DNA of 64,000 bases, from assembly GCA_963731895.1 (NCBI GenBank), contig CAVSXO010000021.1, positions 4,796-68,795 on the forward strand, in the 5' to 3' direction. Shown here piece after piece: positions 1 to 10,544 of this stretch. The notes under the pieces are model-generated. The model was not told where the DNA came from. It was given only the letters and a program-made list of their open reading frames with translations, and made no database searches. The DNA comes from an uncultured Solirubrobacterales bacterium. Its GTDB lineage: Bacteria; Actinomycetota; Thermoleophilia; Solirubrobacterales; JBBDJG01. How positions within the stretch are numbered: position 1 is the first letter of the stretch; each line of letters starts with the position of its first letter. The translations under genes were made by a program, and so were the position numbers.

Positions 1-440
1 AGATCGACGACGGCGTGGCGCAGTACCAGGGCCTGCGCAGCCCGCCCGTGTTCTGGCCGATACTGCTCTACGTCCGCGCCCGCGCTTGCGCGCGCGCCGG
101 CAGGCCGGCCGAGGGGCTCGAGCTCATCGAGCAGTCGCTCGCGATCACAGGCGAGGTGGGGACGCTGCCGCCGCTGTTCCTCGCGATGAAGGGCGAGCTG
201 CTGCTGGCCCTTCCGGACGCGGATGCGGGCGCCGCGGCGGCCTCCTTCCAGCAGGGGTACGACGTCGCGGCCGACCTGGGCGTGCGGTCGCTGCAGCTGC
301 GCGCCGCGATCGGCCTCACCCGTGCGCAGCCGGAGCATGGCCGGGAGCTGCTCCGCGCCACCCATGCGACGTTCACGGAAGGCTTCGCGACGCGCGACCT
401 GATCGAAGCCACCGCCCTGCTCGAGGCTCCGGCCGCATAA
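1..440 (+). CDS. C-terminal part of an adenylate/guanylate cyclase-AAA ATPase/TPR-type regulator (5' end outside window)
   Basis: The tail SLQLRAAIGL...TFTEGFATRDLIEATALL is typical of this family; the frame is open from the window start. Confidence 0.65.
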   Translation, partial: IDDGVAQYQGLRSPPVFWPILLYVRARACARAGRPAEGLELIEQSLAITGEVGTLPPLFLAMKGELLLALPDADAGAAAASFQQGYDVAADLGVRSLQLRAAIGLTRAQPEHGRELLRATHATFTEGFATRDLIEATALLEAPAA

Positions 441-2335
441 CAGGCGCAAGCGCAATCGCCCCCACCGGCCGCACCGCCTGGGCCCGCAACCTCGCCGCGC
501 CCGTCCGCGACTTCCTCCGCACGGAGACCGGCGGCGCGGCGGCCCTCCTGCTCGCCGCCGTCGCCGCCCTGATCTGGGCGAACTCCCCCTGGCCCGACTC
601 CTACGAATCGGTCTGGACCACCAACTTCTCGATCCGTTTCGGCGACGCCGGCATCTCCGAGGACCTGCGCGTCTGGATCAACGAGGGCCTGATGACGTTC
701 TTCTTCCTGGTCCTCGGGCTCGAGGCCAAGCGCGAGCTCGACCTGGGGCAGCTGCGCGAGCGGCGGCGCATCGCGATCCCGCTGGTCGCGGCGGTGGGAG
801 GCATGGCGCTGCCGATCCTGATCTTCCTGGCGTTCAACGCCGGGGGCGACGGGGCGAAGGGCTGGGGAGCCGCGATGTCGACGGACACCGCGTTCGCGCT
901 CGGCGTGCTCGCGCTGGTGGCTCCCGGCGGCACGCGCCTGCGTGTCCGCCTGCTGACGCTCGCGATCTTCGACGACCTGATGGCGCTGCTGGTGATCGCC
1001 ACGGTGTACACGGACCATCTCTCGTTCGTGCCGCTCGCGATCGCGGTTGTCCTCTTCGGCGGGCTGGTCGCGCTTCGATACGCGCCGATCGAATGGCGCG
1101 GGCCCGCCGCCGCCCTCCTCGGCGTGGCGATGTGGGTCGCGCTGTTCGAGTCCGGCATCGACCCCGTCATCACCGGGCTCGCGGTCGGGCTCGTCACGAG
1201 TGCATATCCCCCGGTGCGCACCGACCTCGAGCGCGTGACCGAGTCCCTGCGCTCCTTCCGCGAGCAGCCCACGCCCGAGCTCGCCCGCTCGGCGCAGCTC
1301 AGCGTTGCGTCGGCGATCTCCGCGAACGAGCGGCTCCAGTACCGGCTCCACCCGTGGACCAGCTTCGTGATCGTGCCGCTGTTCGCGCTCGCCAACGCGG
1401 GCATCCATCTCGACGGGCAGCTGCTCGGCGATGCCGTCACCTCTCCGATCACGCTGGGAATCCTGTTCGGCTACGTGGTGGGCAAGCCGCTCGGGATCCT
1501 CGGCGCGGCGTGGCTGGCCTCGCGGTTCGGCGGCCTGCGGCTGACGCTGAGCTGGCCGGAGATCGCCGGGGGCGGCGCCGTCGCCGGCATCGGGTTCACG
1601 ATCTCGATCCTGATCGCGAGCCAGGCCTTCGACGGGCAGCAGCTCGAGGAGGCGAAGCTCGGCACGCTGGGCGCGGCCGTGTTGTCGTCGCTGGTGGCCT
1701 GGATCATTTTCCGGGCGATCAGACGCCTGCCCGCCCCGGTCCGGGCACGCCAGCTGGTCGGCACGGTGGAGGATCTCGTCGACCTCTCCGACGACGTCGA
1801 TCCCGACCGCGACCACATCCGCGGCTCGGAAGATGCACCGGTCACGCTCGTCGAGTACGGGGACTACGAATGCCCGTACTGCGGCCAGGCCGAGGTCGTG
1901 ATCCGCGAGCTGCTCGAGTCGTTCGGCGACGACCTGCGCTACGTCTGGCGCCACCTCCCGCTGAACGACGTCCACCCGCACGCGCAGATGGCCGCCGAGG
2001 CGGCGGAGGCCGCGGCCGCCCAGGGCGCCTTCTGGGAGATGCACGACAAGCTGATCAACCACCAGGACGCGTTGGAACCTCTCGACCTCGGCCGCTACGC
2101 GGAGGCGCTCGGCCTCGACGTCGAGCGCTTCTGGGACGAGCTCCGCCGCCGCGTGCACGCCGCGCGCGTGGCCGAGGACGTGGCGAGCGCGGACGCGAGC
2201 GGGGTCGCCGGCACGCCCAGCTTCTTCATCAACGGGCGGCGCCACCAGGGTGCCTACGACATCGAGACCCTCACCGAAGCGGTGCAGAAGGCGAGGCACC
2301 GCGTACGGCTCAGGGAGCTCGCACCGACTCGCTGA
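437..2335 (+). CDS. nhaA: Na+/H+ antiporter NhaA fused to a C-terminal DsbA/thioredoxin domain
   Basis: NhaA motifs WINEGLMTFFFLVLGLEAKRE, AMSTDTAFALG, LAIFDD and GIGFTISIL, followed by EYGDYECPYC...GTPSFFING. Start is uncertain (ATA at 437 overlaps the upstream TAA). Confidence 0.9.
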   Translation: MTGASAIAPTGRTAWARNLAAPVRDFLRTETGGAAALLLAAVAALIWANSPWPDSYESVWTTNFSIRFGDAGISEDLRVWINEGLMTFFFLVLGLEAKRELDLGQLRERRRIAIPLVAAVGGMALPILIFLAFNAGGDGAKGWGAAMSTDTAFALGVLALVAPGGTRLRVRLLTLAIFDDLMALLVIATVYTDHLSFVPLAIAVVLFGGLVALRYAPIEWRGPAAALLGVAMWVALFESGIDPVITGLAVGLVTSAYPPVRTDLERVTESLRSFREQPTPELARSAQLSVASAISANERLQYRLHPWTSFVIVPLFALANAGIHLDGQLLGDAVTSPITLGILFGYVVGKPLGILGAAWLASRFGGLRLTLSWPEIAGGGAVAGIGFTISILIASQAFDGQQLEEAKLGTLGAAVLSSLVAWIIFRAIRRLPAPVRARQLVGTVEDLVDLSDDVDPDRDHIRGSEDAPVTLVEYGDYECPYCGQAEVVIRELLESFGDDLRYVWRHLPLNDVHPHAQMAAEAAEAAAAQGAFWEMHDKLINHQDALEPLDLGRYAEALGLDVERFWDELRRRVHAARVAEDVASADASGVAGTPSFFINGRRHQGAYDIETLTEAVQKARHRVRLRELAPTR

Positions 2336-3037
2336 TCACTTGGATCGCTGCGCGCCGGCGCCCACCTCGGCGTCGGGTGCCAGGGCAGCGACAGCGGATG
2401 CGATGTGCGGCGTCTGCCCGGCAGGCGAAGCGATCACCTCGAACGTCTTCCCGCTTGCCCCCGGGAGAAAGAGCAGGTGCGTGCAAACGTCGGCGAGGTC
2501 GGCCCGCGAGATCCGGCCCTCGGCCGTATCGCCCTGCGACACGGCCAGTGGCTCACCACTGTCTCCATCCGTTAGCCAGCCCGGGCGCACAATCGAATAG
2601 GGCACCCGCGATTCGCGGATCATCTCCTCGGCTTTCGCCTTCCACCCCAGGCTCGTCGGCTCCACATCTTGGTAATGCTCCGGGCGGGTCGCGTGGATGC
2701 TCGAGATGAAGACCACCCACTTGACATCCGCCGCGGCCGCCTGCTCGATGAGGTGGCAGGTGCCGAAATAGTCGACTGCCTCGGCCTCGTTGCCGTGGTC
2801 CGCGCTGCTGCAGGTGGCGATGATCATGGCGCGCGCGCCTGCGACCGGCTCCTTCAGCGTCTCGCTGCGACGAACGTCTCCGACGTACTGCGAAACCTCC
2901 GGTGGGAGGACCTCGAGGCCCTTCACCGCATCCCGGACCAGGGCGCGGACGGAAACGTCGCGCTCGACCAGCCGATCGACGATCAGGCGGCCTGTACGGC
3001 CTGTTGCTCCGACAACCAGAACGGGACCTTCCGACAC
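2336..3037 (-). CDS. NAD(P)H-binding atypical SDR oxidoreductase
   Basis: VLVVGATGRTG Rossmann motif and YSIVRPGWL..ISRADLA; GGAGG-like SD before GTG. Confidence 0.85.
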   Translation of the reverse strand: MSEGPVLVVGATGRTGRLIVDRLVERDVSVRALVRDAVKGLEVLPPEVSQYVGDVRRSETLKEPVAGARAMIIATCSSADHGNEAEAVDYFGTCHLIEQAAAADVKWVVFISSIHATRPEHYQDVEPTSLGWKAKAEEMIRESRVPYSIVRPGWLTDGDSGEPLAVSQGDTAEGRISRADLADVCTHLLFLPGASGKTFEVIASPAGQTPHIASAVAALAPDAEVGAGAQRSK

Positions 3038-3087
3038 CTCGTCTCCCTCCTCTGTTTGGTGACGGAAAGCTACTAGTCTGCGTCGTG

Positions 3088-3601
3088 GTGGATGTTTTCC
3101 TCGCGATCGCCAGCAGGCGGGAGGTCCGCTCCTATGCGGACCGGCCACTGCCGGCGGACGTCGAGCGCCGGATCCTCGAGGCCGGTCGCGTGTCGGGCAG
3201 CTCGGCGAACCGGCAGCAGTGGCGCTTCGTGGTCGTCGAGTCCGATGAGGCGAAACGGCGTCTGAGCGAGACCGTCTACACGCCCTCCAACATCAGCGGC
3301 GCTGCGCTCGTGGTCGCGGTCGTGGTCTTCGGGAAGGGGCCAGGCTCCTTCGACGCCGGCCGCACCGCCCAGAACATGCTGCTCGCCGCGTGGAACGAGG
3401 GTGTCGGCTCATGTCCGAACGCGATGCCCGATCGTGCCGCGGCCGCGGGCGTGCTCGGCCTCGCCGAGGGCGAGGAGGCCGGTGATCGTGCTCTCGTTCG
3501 GGTACCCGTCAAAGCCTCGCGATCCGGAACGCCGCTCCGCTGAGGACTGGCTCGCGGCCGCGAATCGCAGGCCGTTCGACGAGGTCGTCAGCCGCATCTA
3601 A
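3088..3601 (+). CDS. Nitroreductase family protein (frameshift near 3480)
   Basis: AIASRREVRSY, SSANRQQWRFVVV and AQNMLLAAWNEGVGSC; the C-terminus VIVLSFGYP continues in another frame. Confidence 0.8.
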
Positions 3602-3723
3602 GGGCGTCCTCCGCTGCAGTTCGGCCCGCCTGGACGAACGTAGGAGCGAATCGACCCGCCTTGATGAGACACCGTGTCGCTGATAGCGTCCGGCGCCTCA
3701 AACTTCGAGGAGGGGGTTTAGAG

Positions 3724-6018
3724 ATGCGTCGCATGCTCTTCGCGGCCCTTGTCGCCGCTCTAACGATGGCCCTCGTTGCTCCAGCCGCACACGCGGCGAA
3801 GGTCAAGATCGAGGTGCTCTCCAGCCAGCACAATCCAGGTGAGCGGCGGAGACGCGCTCGTCAGCGTGACTTCGAAGAAGGACGAACCGCTCCACACGCT
3901 GCGCGTGAGACGCAACCGGATGGACGTGACGAGCGCCTTCTCCGAGCAGGACGGGGCACTCGTCGGCATCGTCGATCGCCTGCGGACCGGGCGAGAACGA
4001 GATCACGGTCACCCGCGGCACCAGCCCGATGGTGCTCGCGCGCAAGAAGCTCACCAACTACCCGATCACGGGGCCGATCTTCTCGGGGCCGCACCAGGAG
4101 TTCTTCGTCTGCAACACGATCCAGGCCGGGCTCGGCGAGCCGCTGGTCGACAACCAGGACGGCGACAACTTCCGGGTGCAGGACTCGAGCGGCAACACCG
4201 TCGGCTACAGCCGCGACTGCTCCGCGAACACGCGCGTGGACTACCTCTACCGCACCACGGGGAGCAACCCAAGCTTCCAGCCGATGCCGTCCGACGGCTC
4301 CCGTCCGTCCAACCTGGCGCAGACGACGCTCAGCGACGGCCGCACCGTCGACTACATCGTGCGCCGTGAGCGGGGCACGATCAACCGCTTCATCTACTCG
4401 TTCGCGATGCTCGCGCCGTTCGGGGACGACCCGGGCGCCGAGGATCCGGACACCTCGCTGTGGAACGGCCGCGCGGTCTACACGTTCGACGGCGGCGTGC
4501 AGATCGGTCACCGCCAGGGCACGCCCGGCGGCAGTGCAGTGCTCCACGACGGCCTCAGCAAGGGCTACGCGATCATGCACTCCTCCGGCACGCGCGCGAG
4601 CGTGCACTACAACCTCGTGCTCGGCGGCGAGACGGCGCTGATGACGAAGGAGGAGTTCATCGAGCGCTACGGCGTGCCGACTCTACACGGTCGGCCTGGG
4701 CGGCTCCGGCGGCGCGATCCAGCAGTACGTCTACGGGCAGAACCACCCGAAGCTGATCGACGCCGGCATCCCGCAGTACTCGTACCCGGACATGGTCACG
4801 CAGACCATCCACGTCGGCGACTGCGAGCTGCTCGAGCGCTACATGGACCAGGACGACAGCTCCAACCCGAAGTGGCAGAACTGGGACAACCGCGAATGGC
4901 TGATCGGCCTGAACGGTCACCAGACGATCCCGAACCCCTACCGCGGCGACGCGCCCGGCAACGACGAGTGCGTGCGCGGCTGGCGGGGGCTCACGCCACT
5001 GGCGCTGAACCCGCTCTGGTTCCAGTCGTTCGCCGGACTCGACCGGATGGACCCGCAGGAGATGGCCAGCGTGCACTGGACCCACGCCGAGGACGTGAAG
5101 AACGTCTACGGCGTCGACTCCGACGGCTACGCCCGCAACACGTTCGACAACGTCGGCGTGCAGTACGGGCTGAAGGCGCTGAAGGACGGCAACATCACTC
5201 CGGCCGAGTTCCTGAAGGCGAACGCCCAGGTCGGCGGCTGGAAGGAGTCGAAGGACATGATCCAGGAGGCGTTCCCGTTCCCGTCGCCGCCTCCGCCGCT
5301 GCCGCCGGCACGGCCCGGGTTCGACCCGTGGAGCTCGGCGCAGATGAAGCTCAGCCCGGACGGCGGCACGACGCCGGCCGCCCGGCGCGAAGGTGACCAG
5401 CTCGCCATGAACGCGGCCTACAACGCGGGGCTGTACTTCGACGGCAACATCAACATCCCGATCATCGACTGGCGGCACTACCTCGAGGAAGAGCTCGACA
5501 TGCACAACAGCCACCAGTCGTTCGCGTCACGGCAGCGGATGCTCGATCGCGATGGGAATGCCTCCAACCAGGTGATCTGGTTCACGGACGCGCGCCCGGC
5601 GCGGGCGTCCGACCCGACGCCTCAGATCCTGGAGGTGATCGACGAGTGGATGGCGAACATCCGCGCGAACCCGGGCGCCGGAGTGGCCGGCAACAAGCCG
5701 GCGCTGGCGACGGACCGCTGCTTCACGACCGCGGGCACCGAGATCGCGCGCGGAGCGGACGTGTGGGACGGCATCCTGGACAGCGGGCCCAAGGGCGCCT
5801 GCGCACAGGAGTTCCCGCTCCACTCGACGTCACGCATCGTGGCCGGCGGGCCGCTGCGCGGCGGCGTCTACAAGTGCGCGCTGCAGTCGGTCGAGGCCGC
5901 GATCGCGGGCGGCGTGTACGGCTCGTGGACTCCGTCGGCGGCCGAGGTCGCACGCCTGAAGGAGATCCACCCGAGCGGCGTCTGCGACTACAGCCAGCCG
6001 GACGTCGGCCGGCCCTGA
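3724..6018 (+). CDS. Secreted DUF6351-like (tannase/hydrolase-like) protein, several frameshifts
   Basis: Signal peptide MRRMLFAALVAAL; TNYPITGPIFSGP, RRERGTINRFIY, GGSGG, DNVGVQYGLKAL and GVCDYSQP spread over successive frames. Confidence 0.75.
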
Positions 6019-6044
6019 CCTAGGCGAAGGGCATCGCCTAAAGA

Positions 6045-6073
6045 CCGGAGCCCCCGCCTGGCGGGGGCTCCGG
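6045..6073 (+). terminator. Intrinsic terminator-like hairpin
   Basis: 13-bp perfect stem CCGGAGCCCCCGC/GCGGGGGCTCCGG just after the stop at 6018, followed by CAGGTTTT. Confidence 0.7.
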
Positions 6074-6116
6074 CAGGTTTTGGTGTGAGCACGGGAATTG
6101 TGGGTAAGACGCGACC

Positions 6117-7355
6117 GTGCGCCTGGACATGGTCCGGCGCCTCGCTTTGCTGGCAGTAGTAGCTCTTCCCGTCACCCTGTCAGCCCCCGATGCCCGGAGC
6201 GAGGCCGAGTCGTTTGCCGTGGCGGCGGTCAAGCGGGTTGCGTTGGTCAGCGGCCCCGGTGACGTGCGCTTCCGTGCCGACGCCACGAAGTCCGGTGGCT
6301 GGTCGGCGGAATGGGCGGATCTCTCGTGCGCATCCGCAAGTCGCGTCGCACAGGTGAATAGCCCTGCCGCGCAAGGCGGGCGCGCCTATCGCCTGCGGCT
6401 TGAGGAGGGCGACGACAGCTACGGCGAGCGGTGCGAGCTGGGGATGGCGAACACCGGTTCCAAGGACATCGACCGCGTGGGCGGTTCGCGCGTCCTGTTC
6501 CAGAACGGCACAGAATCGTGGATCGCGCAGCAGATCATGCTCGACCGGAACGTATACGCGTTCTGCGGCACCGAGTGCGCGCTCGACTACGACGGCGGGC
6601 TGGTGCAGCAGCTGAAGCAGACCGGCTCATGTGGAACCCCGGCGAACGGGATCGTGGCCCGCGACCTGCCCAAGGTCGGCGTGGTGCTCGAGCACCGCAA
6701 CTCGGCCGAGAACGACTGTGGCAACGCGACCATGAAAACGCTGTGGAGGGTGCCGATCCGCCGCGGAGCGTGGGTCCGAATCCTCCAGCACGTGCGCTGG
6801 TCCACCGACCCGGGCACGGGTTACATCGCCACCTGGATCAACGGCCGGCCGGTAAAGCCCTCGCGTGACGGCAACTTGAAGCGCGTCACGCGCACCGGCG
6901 ACGAGGTCCGCATCCATACGTGGACGCTGAAGAACGGCCCAGGCGTCGATCGACTGCGCCAATGCAAGTCGCACCCGTGTGCGCACCTGCGCAACGGCGT
7001 GTACCGCAACCCAACCGTGCGCGGTGACAGCATCGTGTATATCGACGGCACAACCGTTGCAAAGACGCGAGCGGTGGCTGAGGCAGCTGCGCCGGTATCG
7101 CGCCTGGGGATTAGCGGGCTACCCGGAGGAGGGCGAATCTCGAGCTGTCCTGACTTAAGGTCGCAGTGCGACCTCAGGGCAGGACGGTCGGAGCGGGTCC
7201 TCGCGCGCATTGCGGCGAAGCGCACGGATGGTGACGCGTGCGCAGCTTCTGCACGCGGGCGTGACGCTTTCGGATCAACGCGCGTCGCCGCGACCCTGAT
7301 CCGCGAGCCCAGAAGGGGGCACGCGCCCGTGCCCCCTCCGTCAGGTGGTCGTTAA
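6117..7355 (+). CDS. Secreted polysaccharide lyase-like (heparin lyase I/jelly-roll) protein; true 3' end probably near 7100
   Basis: Signal peptide; GERCEL, HVRWSTDPGTGYIATWING and HLRNGVYR...VYIDG motifs; the tail after AEAAA looks out of frame. Confidence 0.6.
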   Translation: MRLDMVRRLALLAVVALPVTLSAPDARSEAESFAVAAVKRVALVSGPGDVRFRADATKSGGWSAEWADLSCASASRVAQVNSPAAQGGRAYRLRLEEGDDSYGERCELGMANTGSKDIDRVGGSRVLFQNGTESWIAQQIMLDRNVYAFCGTECALDYDGGLVQQLKQTGSCGTPANGIVARDLPKVGVVLEHRNSAENDCGNATMKTLWRVPIRRGAWVRILQHVRWSTDPGTGYIATWINGRPVKPSRDGNLKRVTRTGDEVRIHTWTLKNGPGVDRLRQCKSHPCAHLRNGVYRNPTVRGDSIVYIDGTTVAKTRAVAEAAAPVSRLGISGLPGGGRISSCPDLRSQCDLRAGRSERVLARIAAKRTDGDACAASARGRDAFGSTRVAATLIREPRRGHAPVPPPSGGR

Positions 7356-7892
7356 GCAGCTGAGCCTGACCGGGCTTGTCAACCCGTTCGGGTTCGATGC
7401 ACTGCAGCTGAACAGCAGGGTGCCGGCCTGCGAGATCGTCAGCGATATGTTCGTGATCGTCAGGGTGGGATTCACCCCTGTCCAGTTGCTGCCCGGGCAA
7501 CCAGCAGCCGCCCCCGACACCGTGGTTGGCGCGCTCAGGGTGTTGGGATTCGTGGTGAACGTCACGTTGCCGTTCTTGATCGACTGGCTCCCGATCGTCG
7601 TCGGCACAACCGAGGGACCGACGAGGACCCTGTTCTGGCCGGGCGCGATGTTGCCTCCGTTGTTCCGGCACTGGTAGACCGCCGACCCGCTGACGCTCGT
7701 CGGGATCTCGAGGTCGCCCCCGCCGAGGCCGGCGAGCGTGCCCCGACATTGGACCGTCTGGCTGGTCGCGGTGCCACTGATTGTGCATGTGGGCTCTCCG
7801 CCCCGCTTGAAGTGCGGACTGGCCGCCTGGGCCGCCGTGGCTGTTGCGCCCACGGTGAGCAGAACTGTGACGGCAAGGAGTGTCCGCCGCAT
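7341..7892 (-). CDS. Secreted Cys/Thr-rich hypothetical protein
   Basis: Signal peptide MRRTLLAVTVLL..AQA followed by ASPHF; six Cys; SD-like AGGGGAAG. Confidence 0.75.
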   Translation of the reverse strand: MRRTLLAVTVLLTVGATATAAQAASPHFKRGGEPTCTISGTATSQTVQCRGTLAGLGGGDLEIPTSVSGSAVYQCRNNGGNIAPGQNRVLVGPSVVPTTIGSQSIKNGNVTFTTNPNTLSAPTTVSGAAAGCPGSNWTGVNPTLTITNISLTISQAGTLLFSCSASNPNGLTSPVRLSCLTTT

Positions 7893-8055
7893 GCTTCCCC
7901 TCCTGTATGGCCATCCGTTGCCTCCGTTTACGGGCGGGGCCTCCGTTCCCCGTCCGATCGGCGCGACAGAGACCATTGATCTCGAACGGCTCTGTCAATG
8001 CGTTTCTCCGCAAATTGCGGCTTTTTTAGGTCGCAAATTGCGCAAATAGGGAGAA

Positions 8056-8129
8056 ACCGCGGCGCCTCAGCGCAACCGCGACGCCCGGGACCCGCGGGAG
8101 GGACCGCGGCGCTTCAGCGCAATTGCGAC
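8056..8129. repeat. Two imperfect 27-bp direct repeats (47-bp period), related to the copy at 9591-9617
   Basis: ACCGCGGCGCCTCAGCGCAACCGCGAC (8056) versus ACCGCGGCGCTTCAGCGCAATTGCGAC (8103). Confidence 0.7.
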
Positions 8130-8890
8130 ACGGAGGCGTCCGCAGCCGCTTTCTCGCGCAGCGTCGTGAGTGCGCGCCGCAGAAGGCGCGAGACGTGCAT
8201 CTGGGAAACCCCCAGCTCGGCCGCGATCTCGCTCTGAGTCTTGCCGTCCATGAACCGCAGGCGCAGCATGTGGCGCGCGCGGTCGTCGAGCGCGCACATC
8301 GCAGAACGTGCCGCGGAGCGGTCCTCGACCAGCTCGAACCCGTCGTCCTTCGAGCCGAGCATGTCCCCCCTCGTAACTCCGCCCCCGTCGTCCTCATAGA
8401 GCCGCTCGTCGAGCGACGCGGCTTGATACGCGGTGGAGGTCTCCAGCGCCTCCACGATCTCCTCTTCGGAAAGGCCCGTCTCGGCCGCCAGCTCGGGCAC
8501 GGAGGGCGACCGGCCCAGCCGCGGCTCGAGTCGCGCCGACACGCGGTCGACCAGCAGGGCGCGCTCCTGCAACTGCCGGCTTACGTGCACCGACCAGCCC
8601 GAGTCCCGGAAGTAGCGGCGCAGCTCGCCGACGATCGTGGGCACCGCATATGTGGACAGCGCCGTTCCGCGCTCGGGGTCGAAGCCGTCGATCGCTTTCA
8701 CGAGCGCCAGGTTCGCCACCTGGACGAGATCCTCGAGGGGCTCGCTCTTGCGCTGATAGCGCGACGCGAGCCGGCGCGCGAGCGGCATCAGCCTGCGAAT
8801 CAGCTCGTCGCGGGCGGCCCGGTCGCCGTGCTCGTGATACCGCATCAGCAGCCGTCGCTCGTCAACGCCGCGCTTGCCATTTGCGCGCAC
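8114..8890 (-). CDS. SigB/SigF/SigG family RNA polymerase sigma factor
   Basis: EDLVQVANLALVKAIDGFDPERG, YAVPTIVGELRRYFRD and TQSEIAAELGVSQMHVSRLLRR; start approximate. Confidence 0.92.
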   Translation of the reverse strand: MRANGKRGVDERRLLMRYHEHGDRAARDELIRRLMPLARRLASRYQRKSEPLEDLVQVANLALVKAIDGFDPERGTALSTYAVPTIVGELRRYFRDSGWSVHVSRQLQERALLVDRVSARLEPRLGRSPSVPELAAETGLSEEEIVEALETSTAYQAASLDERLYEDDGGGVTRGDMLGSKDDGFELVEDRSAARSAMCALDDRARHMLRLRFMDGKTQSEIAAELGVSQMHVSRLLRRALTTLREKAAADASVSQLR

Positions 8891-8981
8891 GAAGGGGCGA
8901 GGTTGAACCGAAACGGACAAGTGAGACACCCTTGTAGCACAGGTCAGACCTGTCTGTCTGCCTGCGGGTACAATTGGCCGC

Positions 8982-9578
8982 ATGGCCCAAGGAACGGAAA
9001 CCGCGGCCCACTTCGAGCCGCAGGCGCGCGAGCGCATCCTCGACACCGCCTACGAGTTGTTCTCGCGCCGCGGCGTGCGGGATGTAGGGATCAATGAGGT
9101 GATTGCGAGCGCCGGCGTCGCCAAGGCCACGCTCTACCGGCACTTCCCCTCGAAGAACGAGCTCGTGCTCGCCTTCCTCGAGCGCCGCGAGCAGCGCTGG
9201 ACCCACGAGTGGCTCGAGACGGAGGCAAGACGACGCGGTGCCACGCCGGAGGAGCAGCTCCTAGCGATCTTCGACGTGTTCGGGGAGTGGTTCCGCCGCG
9301 ACGACTTCGAGGCGTGCGCGTTCATCAACGTGCTGCTCGAGATGGGCACCGATGATTCCGCCGGAAAGGCCTGCGTCGGCCATCTCGAGCACATTCGCGG
9401 GGTCGTGAGCGGTCTTGCCGAAGAAGCCGGCCTGGACGACCCCGCTTCGTTCGCCCGCTCGTGCCACATCCTGATGAAGGGCTCGATCGTCTCCGCGGCC
9501 GAGGGCGACGTCGAGGCCGCCCAGCGCGGCCAGGCGATGGCCCGCCTTCTCATCGAGCAGCACCGCACCCCTGCGTAA
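8982..9578 (+). CDS. TetR/AcrR family transcriptional regulator
   Basis: RERILDTAYELF...GVAKATLYRHFPSK HTH. Confidence 0.92.
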   Translation: MAQGTETAAHFEPQARERILDTAYELFSRRGVRDVGINEVIASAGVAKATLYRHFPSKNELVLAFLERREQRWTHEWLETEARRRGATPEEQLLAIFDVFGEWFRRDDFEACAFINVLLEMGTDDSAGKACVGHLEHIRGVVSGLAEEAGLDDPASFARSCHILMKGSIVSAAEGDVEAAQRGQAMARLLIEQHRTPA

Positions 9579-9595
9579 CGGGAAGCGCCCGCGCC

Positions 9596-10534
9596 TCAGT
9601 GCAACCGCGACGCCCGGCCGCGCGCCCGCTGCAACGCGCCCCACCGGCTGACCGACCACAGCTTGTCGGCCCCGGCCCAAGCGGCGAAGAGCAGCCCCCC
9701 GACCGTGCCAGTCACCGTCAGCAGCACACCCGCTGCCGCGGCCGCCGCCACCCCATCGCTGCCGAGGATCAGCACCGCCGCCGCGGCGCCCACGCTCGGG
9801 CCGACCGGCAGTTGGGCGAGCGTCACGAGCGCGATCAGCACGGCGATCGCGTCGAAGAACGAGGCGTCGACGCCGACCGCATGCAAGGTGATCCAGTTGC
9901 GGAAGATCTGCGCGAACACGGCCACCAGGACGAACCCGACCACGCGGCTTCCGCCCCGCAACTTGCGGAGCACCGTGAGGCCTTTCCACAGCTCGCGCTC
10001 CCAGGCGGCGACGTGTCGCAGGCCCACGCTGAGCGCGACGATCACCACGAGTCCGACGAGCGGCAGCCACCACGGCAGGCCGAGCGGTCCGACGAGCGTG
10101 AACGACGTCAGTGCGGCAAGTGTCGCCTCGATGGCCAGGATCGGGAACTCCGCTGCGATCAGCGTCGGCACCTGCGGACTGACCTCGGGGGACGAGCGGC
10201 GCAGTGCGGCGATCCGCGCAGCGACCCCCAGGTGCCCGTTGATAACGCCGCCCAGGACCTGCATGCTCGACGCGCGATAGAGGACCCGGCGCGCGACCGT
10301 CCCGCCGGCCGCCTCGATCGTCAGGTGCCATGCCTCGCTGCGGGCGAGCAGGGCGACGATCTGCAGCAGCACGGCGACGGCGAGCACCCACAGCGAGGCG
10401 CTGGACAGCGCATCCGCGAACTCCTCGCGGTGCCCCGAGAGCACGAACACGAGGATCGCCGCGGTGAGCAGCGATCCCACGATCGTGATCGCGGTGCGAT
10501 GACGGCGGCCAAAGACGCGCAGGCGCGCGATCAA
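9596..10534 (-). CDS. Lysylphosphatidylglycerol synthase-like transmembrane (flippase-like) protein
   Basis: Multiple hydrophobic helices; LARSEAW and LPVGPSVG segments. Confidence 0.6.
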   Translation of the reverse strand: MIARLRVFGRRHRTAITIVGSLLTAAILVFVLSGHREEFADALSSASLWVLAVAVLLQIVALLARSEAWHLTIEAAGGTVARRVLYRASSMQVLGGVINGHLGVAARIAALRRSSPEVSPQVPTLIAAEFPILAIEATLAALTSFTLVGPLGLPWWLPLVGLVVIVALSVGLRHVAAWERELWKGLTVLRKLRGGSRVVGFVLVAVFAQIFRNWITLHAVGVDASFFDAIAVLIALVTLAQLPVGPSVGAAAAVLILGSDGVAAAAAAGVLLTVTGTVGGLLFAAWAGADKLWSVSRWGALQRARGRASRLH

Positions 10535-10544
10535 CGTCCCGGCC

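Noticed and set aside
437-2335. NhaA-thioredoxin fusion as a novelty
   Set aside because: This architecture is already known in Actinobacteria.
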